Positions 20,757 through 30,032 of a stretch of DNA of 64,000 nucleotides are shown here, piece after piece. A program made the position numbers and the translations under genes. Within the stretch, counting starts at the first letter, position 1; each line of letters begins with the position of its first letter. This DNA is from Candidatus Azambacteria bacterium (GTDB lineage: Bacteria; Patescibacteriota; Minisyncoccia; UBA10092), in contig DMPO01000006.1 of assembly GCA_003455995.1 (NCBI GenBank), forward strand, positions 38,397-102,396. Reading direction: 5' to 3'. A model generated the notes under the pieces. The model was not told the DNA's origin. It was given only the letters and a program-made list of their open reading frames with translations, and did no database searches.

Positions 20757-21992
20757 ATGGGGACAAGCATGCAAAAGTGGCAGAAAAGGATTTTATTTAT
20801 TTCGTGGATTACCTATGCCAGTTTTTATTTGTTAAGAGTTAACATTGCCGTGGCGATTCCCGGAATTTTGAGTGAATTTGGCATTTCAAAGACCGCCATG
20901 GGCGGAGTATTGACGGCCTTATTCGCGGCTTATGCCTTCGGGCAATTTGTAAACGGTACCATGGGGGATAAATTTGGAGCCAGGAGGATGGTAACAATTG
21001 GTTTACTGTCATCTGCTATTCTGAATATTGTCTTTGGGTTTACCCAGGGTTTTCTAATTGCGATGGTGGCTGTTTGGGGATTAAATGGTTTTTTCCAAGC
21101 CATGGGCTGGGGTCCGATTGTGAAAACAGTGGCTTGTTGGTTTCCGCCTCAAAAGAGGGGAATGGCCTCGGGTATTTTGGGGACTTCCTACATTCTGGGC
21201 AGTTCCATTTCTTTGCTTTTGGCCGGTTTTATCGCGGGTCATTTTGGCTGGCGCTGGGTTTTTTGGTTTCCCGCCATCATTACTATTATCGGCGCGCTTC
21301 ATTGGGCGCTAAGAATCAGAAATGGTTGTGAGAACGAAGGATTTGAGACCGTCGAGAGAATTGACGCGGCGTTAAAATATGCGGGCATTAAACATTCTCT
21401 CGGCATAATTCTTAAAGATAAAAAAGTATGGTTTGCTAGTTTATGTTTATTTGGTCTTAATATCGTGCGTTATGGTTTTTTAGATTGGGCTCCGACTTAT
21501 TTTTTCGAGGTTCAAAAAGCGAGTATTTCCATAGCCGCTTACAAAACCTTGATTTTTCCCATAGCGGGCGCGGTCGGCGCTTTAAGTTCCGGTTGGCTTG
21601 CCGAAAAAGTGTTTAAACAAAAAAAGGCGATAGTAGCCGCTATTATGTTGCTGATGTTGGCGGCAGCGATTTGGTTTTTTGTTAAAATTCCCGTCGGGAA
21701 TTGGGTTTTGAGCCTTGTTGTTTTAGCTATTATCGGTTTTTTGACTTTCGGTCCCCACATGATGATAGTGACTATTTTGCCGATGGATTTAGGCACAAAA
21801 GAGCGGGCATCATCCGTTGCCGGGTTCATAGACGGCTGGGGGTATATTGGCGCCGCCTTGACGGGCGTGGGGACGGGATTTTTGTTGGATCATTTTGGCT
21901 GGCATACCGCTTTTTATTTTTGGATATCGGGCGCGATTATTGCCGCCGCGTCGGTGGGGTATGTAATGGCGAGTTTAAAGAAAAAAATTTGA
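20757..21992 (+). CDS. MFS transporter, GlpT/UhpT (organophosphate:Pi antiporter) family
   Basis: ~12 TMs; 'Y..FY..R.N', 'W.LNG.FQ.MGW', 'WFP...RG', 'VRYG..DW.PTY', 'G..D..GY.G'. Confidence 0.85.
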   Translation: MGTSMQKWQKRILFISWITYASFYLLRVNIAVAIPGILSEFGISKTAMGGVLTALFAAYAFGQFVNGTMGDKFGARRMVTIGLLSSAILNIVFGFTQGFLIAMVAVWGLNGFFQAMGWGPIVKTVACWFPPQKRGMASGILGTSYILGSSISLLLAGFIAGHFGWRWVFWFPAIITIIGALHWALRIRNGCENEGFETVERIDAALKYAGIKHSLGIILKDKKVWFASLCLFGLNIVRYGFLDWAPTYFFEVQKASISIAAYKTLIFPIAGAVGALSSGWLAEKVFKQKKAIVAAIMLLMLAAAIWFFVKIPVGNWVLSLVVLAIIGFLTFGPHMMIVTILPMDLGTKERASSVAGFIDGWGYIGAALTGVGTGFLLDHFGWHTAFYFWISGAIIAAASVGYVMASLKKKI

Positions 21993-22005
21993 TTGATTTA
22001 TTCAG

Positions 22006-22040
22006 AAACCTCGATATCAATATCGAGGTTTTATTTTTTT
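22006..22040 (+). terminator. Intrinsic terminator
   Basis: aaacctcgatat-ca-atatcgaggttt perfect inverted repeat followed by a T-rich tract, just after the MFS stop. Confidence 0.8.
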
Positions 22041-22084
22041 AGGTTGATTTTTAGAAAAAATAGATATATAACAATGTAAACTCC

Positions 22085-23395
22085 ATGCATGAGAATAAAC
22101 AAATTATCATAGACGGCTGGCGCGTTTATGATTTGCCGGTTGAATATAGCGACGCCGATTATGAAGAAGCGCGGGTTGAAATAACCAATCAAGTCCGCAA
22201 TACCCCGGGGCTTATCGCCTTGTTTGAATATGGCTGTATTCCTTTTCCCGGAATATCGGATATGGATTTTTGGGCGGTATTTTCGGATGATGCGGGAAAA
22301 ATGGGGCTTCCTTTACAACCTGCGCTTTCCGAAAAAACCAAATATTTAATGAGCCACCAAATCACGCTTTTTGCGGAAAAACATTATCGAAAAATGCTTT
22401 ACTTTGATCCTTGGACGACTTATGCCTGGCCCAATGGCCAAAGATTATTATATAAATCGGATGGTATTGAAAGGGATTTAAATTTTGAAAATATAAAATT
22501 TACCAAAGAGGAAAGAGATATTTTGAGCTTAGTTCTTGTTGAAGAATACTTGGGGTCGATAAATTCAACAATTTCCTTTTACGCCAAAAAAAAGTTGCCT
22601 GTGAGGCATATTCTGGAAACAATTAAAACCTGCGTTTATATCATTGAAGAAATCAATCTTATTACCGACAGAAAAATCAATTCTACTTTTCCGGAAGAAC
22701 TCAAAGATTTGAGATCCAAATGGTTTAAGATTGACCGGCAAGAAGCCGTAAAAAAACTAATAAAATTATTTTACGACGGATTACTTATCAGTTTTGAAGC
22801 CGCTTTTTCTTTGAGCAATTGGGCCAGTCGGCGTTCCGAATGGCTTCGTATTTCGGACTTGGGGGTGGAAAGAATAAATTTTTTAAACCATTTTTGTTTA
22901 GATAAAAAAGCCAAAAATATTTATCTTAACATTTTTAACGACTGGCGGGTTTTTACCGATTTCGCGCGCACTCCAGCGCAAGCATTGGAATTATCGATTA
23001 ATTCCTGCCGGGAAGTTGAAATAAAATTAGGACGATACTCCAAAGTGATTGATTTTTGCGTCGTTTTTCAACCGCTGGAATTGGCCGCTATTTATTTGGG
23101 TTTTATTTCCGAAAAAGGCTTATTGAGCGATAATTTGAGAAAAAACACTTTCAGCAATTTAGAAGAAGCACCGGTCTTCCGGCCCAAAATATTTCAGGAA
23201 AAAATAAAAATGATAAATGAGATCATTGAAATTTATAATAATAAACGGGTTGCGGATACAAGCGGGAAAGGATGGCATTTCGGAAACGGCAGTTTCCAAA
23301 ATTCTTTTGAACATAAAACGATTAAAAAGAAAATTTTGGTTTTTTGGCTTAAACAAAAATTTTGGCGCGCCATAAACGCGGCGATAAAAATTTAA
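22085..23395 (+). CDS. Hypothetical protein with N-terminal nucleotidyltransferase (Pol-beta fold)-like motif
   Basis: 'LFEYGCIPFPGISDMDFWAV' fits hG[GS/C]x~8DhD; remainder unrecognised. Confidence 0.5.
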   Translation: MHENKQIIIDGWRVYDLPVEYSDADYEEARVEITNQVRNTPGLIALFEYGCIPFPGISDMDFWAVFSDDAGKMGLPLQPALSEKTKYLMSHQITLFAEKHYRKMLYFDPWTTYAWPNGQRLLYKSDGIERDLNFENIKFTKEERDILSLVLVEEYLGSINSTISFYAKKKLPVRHILETIKTCVYIIEEINLITDRKINSTFPEELKDLRSKWFKIDRQEAVKKLIKLFYDGLLISFEAAFSLSNWASRRSEWLRISDLGVERINFLNHFCLDKKAKNIYLNIFNDWRVFTDFARTPAQALELSINSCREVEIKLGRYSKVIDFCVVFQPLELAAIYLGFISEKGLLSDNLRKNTFSNLEEAPVFRPKIFQEKIKMINEIIEIYNNKRVADTSGKGWHFGNGSFQNSFEHKTIKKKILVFWLKQKFWRAINAAIKI

Positions 23396-23398
23396 ATT

Positions 23399-24142
23399 AT
23401 GAAAAAAATTTTTGTAACCACAAGCTGGGATGACGGGCATAAGCTGGATTTAAAGGTGTCTGAACTTCTTACAAAATACGGCCTTACCGGAACTTTTTAT
23501 GTCGCGACAAATCAGGTTAATCGTCTTAACGATGATGATATTAGAGAAATTTCAAAAAGACATGAGATCGGAGCTCATACCGTGAATCATCCGCGCTTGA
23601 GCGCTATCAGCATTGATAAGGCCGCGGAGGAAATTAAAAATTCCAAAACAATTTTAGAAAATATTGTTGGCAAGCCGGTTGAGATGTTCGCTTATCCCTT
23701 CGGGGACTATAATGAGGAAGTTAAGTGCATTGTCGGTTCTTGTGGTTTTCGCGGCGCGCGAACAACCAAAGATTGGTCTTGGGATTTGCCGGAAGATGCT
23801 TTTGAAATGCCAACTTCTTTACATGTTTATCCTCATCCTTTAAGGCCGGGCGTTTCAAGCTTAAGAGCGCGGCTAAAACCGTTGTTCTATAATTTTCCTA
23901 AAATTATCCACCACCGGTTGCGGCCGGCGGCGATATTTTCTTGGCGAAATCTCGCCTTAGCAATGTTTGACCGCGCTTATGCCGAAGGCAGCGTCTTTCA
24001 TATTTGGGGCCATTCATGGGAAATTGAGAAATATGGGATGTGGAATGATTTTGAGGATTTACTTAAATATATTTCCTCGCATGTTGGTATAGTATATTCA
24101 ACAAATAGAGATATAATAAGGGCAAGTCTTGATAAAAAATAA
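23399..24142 (+). CDS. Polysaccharide deacetylase (NodB/CE4 family)
   Basis: 'TTSWDDG', 'HEIGAHT..HP.L', 'FAYPFG.Y', 'FHIWGHSWEI'. Confidence 0.9.
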   Translation: MKKIFVTTSWDDGHKLDLKVSELLTKYGLTGTFYVATNQVNRLNDDDIREISKRHEIGAHTVNHPRLSAISIDKAAEEIKNSKTILENIVGKPVEMFAYPFGDYNEEVKCIVGSCGFRGARTTKDWSWDLPEDAFEMPTSLHVYPHPLRPGVSSLRARLKPLFYNFPKIIHHRLRPAAIFSWRNLALAMFDRAYAEGSVFHIWGHSWEIEKYGMWNDFEDLLKYISSHVGIVYSTNRDIIRASLDKK

Positions 24143-24145
24143 ATA

Positions 24146-24796
24146 ATGCAATTCAAATCAATAAAATTAAAAAATACGCGCGAAGTTCTTAATCATACGC
24201 TTCATCACATTGGGGGCAAGGTTTTAGATTTAGGAGCTGGCGGCGCAAAATATAAAGGATTAATTTTGAAAAGAGCTGAGGAATATCGAGCTTGTGATGC
24301 CATAAAAAATGAAAGCATTGATGATATTTGCGATGTTCTGAATCTTAAATATCCTGAAGAGCATTTTGACACGATTGTTTCCACTCAAGTTATTGAGCAC
24401 ATACCCAATCCCTATCGTATGGTTTCTCAGATTAGAAAAGTTTTGAAAGTTGGCGGCAAAGCAATATTAACGGCGCCATTTTTGGTTCCAATGCATTCCG
24501 ATCCGGACGATTATTTCCGGTTTACGAAAGATGGTCTGTCAGAAATTTTTAAACAAGCGGGGTTTGAAATTTTAGAATCTGGCCATTATGGCGGATTTTT
24601 TATTGTTATGTCCGAAATGATTCATTTTTCCTGGTTTAATCCCTATAAATACCACAAGACAAGGATTAGTCGGTGGGGGGCCGGAGGGGGGCGGATTATG
24701 AAGTTAATTGAAAAAATAGCTACTTTTTTCGATAGATTTATTCCAACAAAATCGATTTTTGCAGGATCATATATTGTGGTAAGGAAATTAAAATAA
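24146..24796 (+). CDS. Class I SAM-dependent methyltransferase
   Basis: 'VLDLGAG', 'FDT...TQV.EH', 'PF..P.H..P.DYFRFT'. Confidence 0.88.
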   Translation: MQFKSIKLKNTREVLNHTLHHIGGKVLDLGAGGAKYKGLILKRAEEYRACDAIKNESIDDICDVLNLKYPEEHFDTIVSTQVIEHIPNPYRMVSQIRKVLKVGGKAILTAPFLVPMHSDPDDYFRFTKDGLSEIFKQAGFEILESGHYGGFFIVMSEMIHFSWFNPYKYHKTRISRWGAGGGRIMKLIEKIATFFDRFIPTKSIFAGSYIVVRKLK

Positions 24797-24798
24797 TT

Positions 24799-26043
24799 AT
24801 GATGAAAATCATCATCTTGTCGGATTATTTTGATAATCGCGGAGGAGCCGTCAGTATCGCTAAAACAATGGCTTACGGCTTCAAACAAATGGGCCATAAT
24901 GTCGGCGTGATTACTACAGTCCAAGACAAGGCGCTCGCGGGCCAAAAAATAATTGATGGAGTTAAAATATGGTCTGTTTATTCCAATTATAATCTTTTTT
25001 GGCGCGCTTATCGCAGTTTATACAATCCCCAGACCGTAAAACATATCGCGAAAATTATTGAAGAAATAAAACCGGATGTGGTTCACGCCAATAATATCCA
25101 TGTCCACCTTTCATACCACGCCCTGAAAATTGCCCAAAAAAGCGGGGCCAGAGTATTTTTGACCGCTCACGATGTCATGCCTTTTCATTATGGTAAATTG
25201 ACAGAATTTATAAACCCGAATAATTTATCCTGTCCCGAAAAATTCAATTACAAAATCAGCGTTTGGCGGCAAATAAAAAGAGCGGGCAAAACCTATAACC
25301 CTTTTCGTAATTTAATCATTAGATATTATCTTGAATATGTCGATAAAATTTTTGCCGTTAGCGGCGCGTTGAAAAACGCGCTTAATGACAATGGAATAAA
25401 AAATGTTGAAGTAATTCATAACGGCATTGATGTTTCGGCATGGGCAGTAAACGAAGCGGCCATAGAAGTTTTCAAAGAGAAGCATAATATTCGAAACAAA
25501 AAGGTTGTTTTGTTTGGCGGACGCCTTGGTTGGCTGAAAGGAGGGCGTGAAATTTGCTTGGCGATGAAAAAGGTGATTGAAACAATACCCAACGCGGTTC
25601 TTTTGCTTGCCGGAAAAATAGACGAAGAAGTTAAAGAAATTCTTGATTTTGCCGACAAACTGGGAATTAACAAAAATATTATTGCCGCCGGCTGGCTTTC
25701 GGGTGGCGAGCTTAAAGCCGCCTATAATGTCGCGGATATCGTGACGGCGCCGTCGATTTGTTTCGATTCTTTTCCGACCGTAAATTTGGAAGCGATGGCT
25801 TGCAAAAAGCCGGTTATCGCCACCTGTTTTGGCGGAAGCCGCGAAGCGGTAATAGACGGCGAAACCGGCTATATCGTAAATCCGTTTAACATAGATAAGT
25901 TAGCAGATAAAATAATATATCTATTAAAAAATTCTGAAGTTGCCAGAAAATTCGGCGAAGCGGGGTATGAGAGGGTGAAAAAAGAATTCAGTTCGGAAAA
26001 AATGATCGGTGATTATTTAAATTGGTACGGAAAAATTTTTTAA
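24799..26043 (+). CDS. GT4 glycosyltransferase
   Basis: 'T.HD', 'IHNGID', 'GRL...KG', 'DSFPTVNLEAMAC.KPVI'. Confidence 0.9.
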   Translation: MMKIIILSDYFDNRGGAVSIAKTMAYGFKQMGHNVGVITTVQDKALAGQKIIDGVKIWSVYSNYNLFWRAYRSLYNPQTVKHIAKIIEEIKPDVVHANNIHVHLSYHALKIAQKSGARVFLTAHDVMPFHYGKLTEFINPNNLSCPEKFNYKISVWRQIKRAGKTYNPFRNLIIRYYLEYVDKIFAVSGALKNALNDNGIKNVEVIHNGIDVSAWAVNEAAIEVFKEKHNIRNKKVVLFGGRLGWLKGGREICLAMKKVIETIPNAVLLLAGKIDEEVKEILDFADKLGINKNIIAAGWLSGGELKAAYNVADIVTAPSICFDSFPTVNLEAMACKKPVIATCFGGSREAVIDGETGYIVNPFNIDKLADKIIYLLKNSEVARKFGEAGYERVKKEFSSEKMIGDYLNWYGKIF

Positions 26044-27416
26044 TGAAAACTATTTTTATTACCGCTTATCATCCTTTTATCTCCAAAAACATTCTTAATA
26101 CGAATGTGTTTGGCATTTTGAAACAAAGAAAAAATTTAAGAATCATTCTTTTAGTTCCGGTTATTTTGAAAGATTTTTTTGAAAACAATTACCGTTTCGA
26201 CAATGTAGTGATTGAGAGTATCGATCTGGCGCCATTCTCAAAATCCCGCCTCAGCAATTTTTTTTCAAGAGCCGCTTTCTTTTTTACTTACAATCACTGG
26301 ATTAGATATAAAAGGATGGAATATTTAAATGCCCATTGGAGTTTTTATAACCTCGTGAAATTTCGTGTTTTTATGGTATTAACGCGAATTTTATCTGGGC
26401 ATAAAATTTTAAATAAAATTTTCAGATTTTTTGACTGGCGTTATTCGCCCAATAATTTTTATAAAGATTATTTTGAAAAATACAAACCCGATATTGTTTT
26501 TTCAACCGATGTTTATGACGATTTTGACCAGGCGCTGATTAAAGAAGCGAAAATAAGAAAGATCTTTGTTATCGGCATGATCCGCTCCTGGGATAATAAT
26601 ATCAGTAAAGGACTAATGAGATGCTTTCCGGATAAATTAATTGTTAATAATGAGGTAATTAAGAAAGAGGCGATAAAACTTCATAATTATCCAGAAGGAA
26701 ATATTTTCATCGGCGGCCTGCCGCAGTTTGACGATTATCTTAAGGCGCCTTTCAAAAGCCGAGAAGAGTTTTTCGAGTCGGCGGGCGGAGATCCCGAAAA
26801 AAGAACGGTTTTATTTTCACCCGGCAGCCGGGGAATTTCCGCGGATGCCAATATTATTATTTGCGAAGCGTTTAAAGCCGCAAAGGAAAGTGGTGATTTG
26901 CCCAAAGATATTCAATTTTTTATCAGAAACCATCCCACCAGGCCAGATAGGGCGCTGGAAAAATTCAAAAATGATTCCGATTTTATTATCGAAATGCCAG
27001 GAAAAATTAAAAATAGCGGGAAATTTCTCGAATTTTCACTTCAAGACAATCGCCATCTTATAGATACCATATATTATTCCGATGTTGTCGTCTGGATTGT
27101 AACCTCGATAGGACTGGACTCTTTAGTTTTTGATAAGCCGCAAATCGTAGTTGATTTTGACGGCCTTGAAAATAAGTCATACTGGTTAAGCGTCAAGCGG
27201 TTCAATGACGAAGAACACATGCTTTTATTCTTTGAAACAGGAGCCGTAAAAATAGCCGATAATTTGGAAAATTTAATTGTTTATATTAAAGAATATCTTG
27301 AAAATCCCTCCATTGATCGCGAAGGAAGAAAAAAAGCCGCTTTGCAACAGCTTTGGAAGGCGGATGGAAAATCAAGCGAAAGAATCGCAAATTTCATTTT
27401 ATCATTCCTTTTTTAA
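26043..27416 (+). CDS. GT-B-fold transferase ('SWDN..KG' family); candidate ulosonate transferase or CDP-glycerol glycerophosphotransferase
   Basis: 'KPDIVF', 'RSWDNNISKG', 'G.PQFD.Y', 'RNHP', 'TSI.LD....DKP'; start at ATG 26043. Confidence 0.6.
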   Translation: MKTIFITAYHPFISKNILNTNVFGILKQRKNLRIILLVPVILKDFFENNYRFDNVVIESIDLAPFSKSRLSNFFSRAAFFFTYNHWIRYKRMEYLNAHWSFYNLVKFRVFMVLTRILSGHKILNKIFRFFDWRYSPNNFYKDYFEKYKPDIVFSTDVYDDFDQALIKEAKIRKIFVIGMIRSWDNNISKGLMRCFPDKLIVNNEVIKKEAIKLHNYPEGNIFIGGLPQFDDYLKAPFKSREEFFESAGGDPEKRTVLFSPGSRGISADANIIICEAFKAAKESGDLPKDIQFFIRNHPTRPDRALEKFKNDSDFIIEMPGKIKNSGKFLEFSLQDNRHLIDTIYYSDVVVWIVTSIGLDSLVFDKPQIVVDFDGLENKSYWLSVKRFNDEEHMLLFFETGAVKIADNLENLIVYIKEYLENPSIDREGRKKAALQQLWKADGKSSERIANFILSFLF

Positions 27417-28131
27417 GCTGGCGGAATTTATTTTCCATTTTCTCCCAGTCGGAAGGAATGTTGATGTCTTCATCGTAAAAATCGCTGACAATATAGGGCT
27501 CTTGCTTCTCGCCGCCGAAATAGCAGGGATTTTTTCCGTACAAAATTTTTGGCTTCAAAACAAAAACCAGATCATTTTTGACATAATATTTTGGCAGGAG
27601 CTGGCGGCGCGCCGGAGCGTATTTTACATTCTGGCCTATGGCGTTTAACAGTTCATAACTGTTGCCCCTTTTTACAGGCTGGACAATCCAATAAGGATGA
27701 TGATGGGCGGCCGATAATTCGGAAAGAGGGATCACCACATCTGGGTCTTTTTTCAAAAACAGTTCTATCGCCTCGTCAACCTGTTTAACGTTTCTTAAAG
27801 AATTGGGAGGCATCAGCAAGACGATGGCGTCGGTTTTATAATTTTCATATTTTTTCAGCCATTCTATGGCGTGCCTTAACACCGGCTCCATTTGCGTCGC
27901 GCTCCCGGCTAATTTTTTGGGGCGCAAAAAGGGCGTTTCGGCGCCGTATTTTTTTGCCACTTTGGCTATTTCGGGGCTATCGGTGGAAACAATGGTCCGG
28001 TTTATAAGAGGGCTTTTCAGAGCCGTCTCAATAGCCCAGGCAATCAACGGTTTACCGCAGAAATTTCTTATATTTTTTCCGGGAACCCCTTTTGAATCGC
28101 CCCGGGCAGGCACAATCGCCACGATTTTCAT
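27394..28131 (-). CDS. neuA: Acylneuraminate (CMP-ulosonate) cytidylyltransferase
   Basis: 'IVPARG.SKG.P.KNI', 'GKPLI.W', 'VSTDS', 'PFLRP..LA', 'DI....DW'. Confidence 0.9.
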   Translation of the reverse strand: MKIVAIVPARGDSKGVPGKNIRNFCGKPLIAWAIETALKSPLINRTIVSTDSPEIAKVAKKYGAETPFLRPKKLAGSATQMEPVLRHAIEWLKKYENYKTDAIVLLMPPNSLRNVKQVDEAIELFLKKDPDVVIPLSELSAAHHHPYWIVQPVKRGNSYELLNAIGQNVKYAPARRQLLPKYYVKNDLVFVLKPKILYGKNPCYFGGEKQEPYIVSDFYDEDINIPSDWEKMENKFRQLKKGMIK

Positions 28132-28154
28132 AATTTATGAAATAACATAAAATT

Positions 28155-28186
28155 AAAAATCCCGCAACGAACGCGGGATTGTTTTT
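28155..28186 (-). terminator. Intrinsic terminator-like hairpin after the radical SAM gene
   Basis: aatcccgc-aacgaac-gcgggatt flanked by A and T tracts, so it could act in both directions. Confidence 0.65.
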
Positions 28187-29847
28187 TACATTTCCAAAAT
28201 TTTATATATGTCGCCAGAATCAATGTATCCTCTGGCCTTGACGAAAATATCATCCGGCATGTCGCTGTAATTCAGCGGCTCGCCGGTCTTGGAATTGCGC
28301 AAAACCTTTGTGGCGTCATCCAGCTCCAAAATATACCGGCGCAGGTTTTCATCGCAAACCGGCTCGCCGACAAAATCAAAAGTAATTCCGAAAACTTCAC
28401 GCAGAATTTTTTGAACCTTGGATTGGTGGCCCATTTCCGTTCCCGGATACCAGGTGGCGGTGAACATTTTCTTGTTTACCGAGTCGGCGGACTTGCCGCG
28501 CGTACCATAAAATATCTCTTGCCACTCGATAAAAGCGACGCTCATTTTTAGGTCCTCAAGGGTCTCGGTTGGGTATCCCATTATCCAGGTGCAATTAGCG
28601 TGAATGCCGGCATTTTCGCAATCTATAACGCCCTCTATCATAGAGCTGGGGAATTCGCAAAATTTTCCATTGGCAATAATACCCTTAATCCCTTTTTTGA
28701 GAATAAATCCGCCTTTATTCATCGCTTTCAGGACTTTCGGCGAGGCGCTTTCGGCGCCGAAGCCGATATAAATGCATCCGGCTTCCGCCATTAAATTAAA
28801 TCCCTTTGATTCATCGAGGCGCGCGTGCGTCCCCCAGCGGATATTTAGCGGCTTAAGAAGGGGGACTAAATCAATGATTCTTTTATGGTCGATGGCGAAA
28901 TTATCGTCCACCATCCCAATGAAATCAACTCCATATTTTTCAATATGCATTCTGAATTCCTTGGCAAGATTTTGCGCTGATCGCGCGCCGTAATTTTTTT
29001 CGCCTTGCGCGCCGCGATAGCAGAAAGCGCAATTATACGGACAGCCCCGCGAAGAAACAAAGTTCGTGCTCCGATTCATCGTGAATGAAGCCGCTGAACT
29101 GTTGTTGGCGGAAGCGCCCCAAATTGGATTGCAGATATAGTATTCCAGAATCTTATTGCCAAAAACATCTTCTTTTAGAAAATCCAAATCGGCGAAAGGA
29201 ATGCAGTCCAAATCCCGCGGTCGGTCGCCTTCGTAAACGAAGCGATGCCGGCCGAATATTTCTCCTTTGCCGACTATCGAACCCAAATAATAGGGTTCCA
29301 ATTTTCCGGAATTAATCGCCCGCAAAAAACCCGTTTTTTTGAGAATTCTCGCGTCGTGGGCGGCTTTGACGATTACATCGTCGCCTTCGGAACGGACTAT
29401 GCCGTCCAGGTCGGGGATGTAATTGAAAAGCCCCGCTCTCAATTCGGTGGCGAGGCCGCCGCCGGAAACAAGAAAAACGATCGGCGCCAATTTGCGAACC
29501 ATTTTAGCGACTTTTTCCTGCCAGCGCAATGTGGTGATCATTCCCGAAAGGCCGACCAGATCCGGCTCGCCATGAACTTCAAAATGTTTTTTTATCAGTT
29601 CAAAAACTTCCTGTTCGGTAAGGTGCCGGCCGTTTATTCGATAGCCGTTCAAATCAACTATCGAAACATTAACCTCATAGTTATCGCGCAAATTAGTTGC
29701 CAGAAGCAGGGGGCCTTGGGGCGTGTTGTTTGGCGCCGCCGCTTCTCTTAAAGGCATATTGATAAAAACAACATTTAAGCCGCGCAGATCGGCCGGTTTG
29801 ATATCTTTGATGATATCCGCCGGGTGAATATAATCGCAACTTTTCAT
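28186..29847 (-). CDS. Cobalamin (B12)-binding radical SAM protein (class B methyltransferase-like)
   Basis: N-terminal B12-binding-type domain ('P.G....A', 'PDLVGLS', 'SGG', 'SEGD'); 'SSRGCPYNCAFC'; 'DDNF', 'G.ES', 'IMGYP.ET'; SD GGAGGAG. Confidence 0.88.
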   Translation of the reverse strand: MKSCDYIHPADIIKDIKPADLRGLNVVFINMPLREAAAPNNTPQGPLLLATNLRDNYEVNVSIVDLNGYRINGRHLTEQEVFELIKKHFEVHGEPDLVGLSGMITTLRWQEKVAKMVRKLAPIVFLVSGGGLATELRAGLFNYIPDLDGIVRSEGDDVIVKAAHDARILKKTGFLRAINSGKLEPYYLGSIVGKGEIFGRHRFVYEGDRPRDLDCIPFADLDFLKEDVFGNKILEYYICNPIWGASANNSSAASFTMNRSTNFVSSRGCPYNCAFCYRGAQGEKNYGARSAQNLAKEFRMHIEKYGVDFIGMVDDNFAIDHKRIIDLVPLLKPLNIRWGTHARLDESKGFNLMAEAGCIYIGFGAESASPKVLKAMNKGGFILKKGIKGIIANGKFCEFPSSMIEGVIDCENAGIHANCTWIMGYPTETLEDLKMSVAFIEWQEIFYGTRGKSADSVNKKMFTATWYPGTEMGHQSKVQKILREVFGITFDFVGEPVCDENLRRYILELDDATKVLRNSKTGEPLNYSDMPDDIFVKARGYIDSGDIYKILEM

Positions 29848-29872
29848 AACTCTCCTCCGTTTTATTGTTAGA

Positions 29873-30026
29873 TGTCAAAGACCGCTTTAATTGACGGAAA
29901 CGGTATCATAAAATTAAATCTTTGACAAGGCGATTATTTTATGGTAATTTTCAGTGTCAAAATTTCCCGAACTTTAACAACAACCACCCTTCGGGTGGCC
30001 ACCCGTAGGGGTGGAAAATTAGGAGG
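29873..30026. promoter_or_regulatory. Overlapping divergent promoters with boxA-like leaders and a tandem hairpin
   Basis: Plus strand: TTGACA(29922)-17-TAATTT with extended TG. Minus strand: TTGTCA-17-TACCGT(29905-29900). Leader motifs GAACTTTAACA (+29969-29979) and GGTCTTTGACA (-29883-29873). Hairpins at 29984-30014; SD AGGAGG at 30021. Confidence 0.65.
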
Positions 30027-30032
30027 TTAAAA

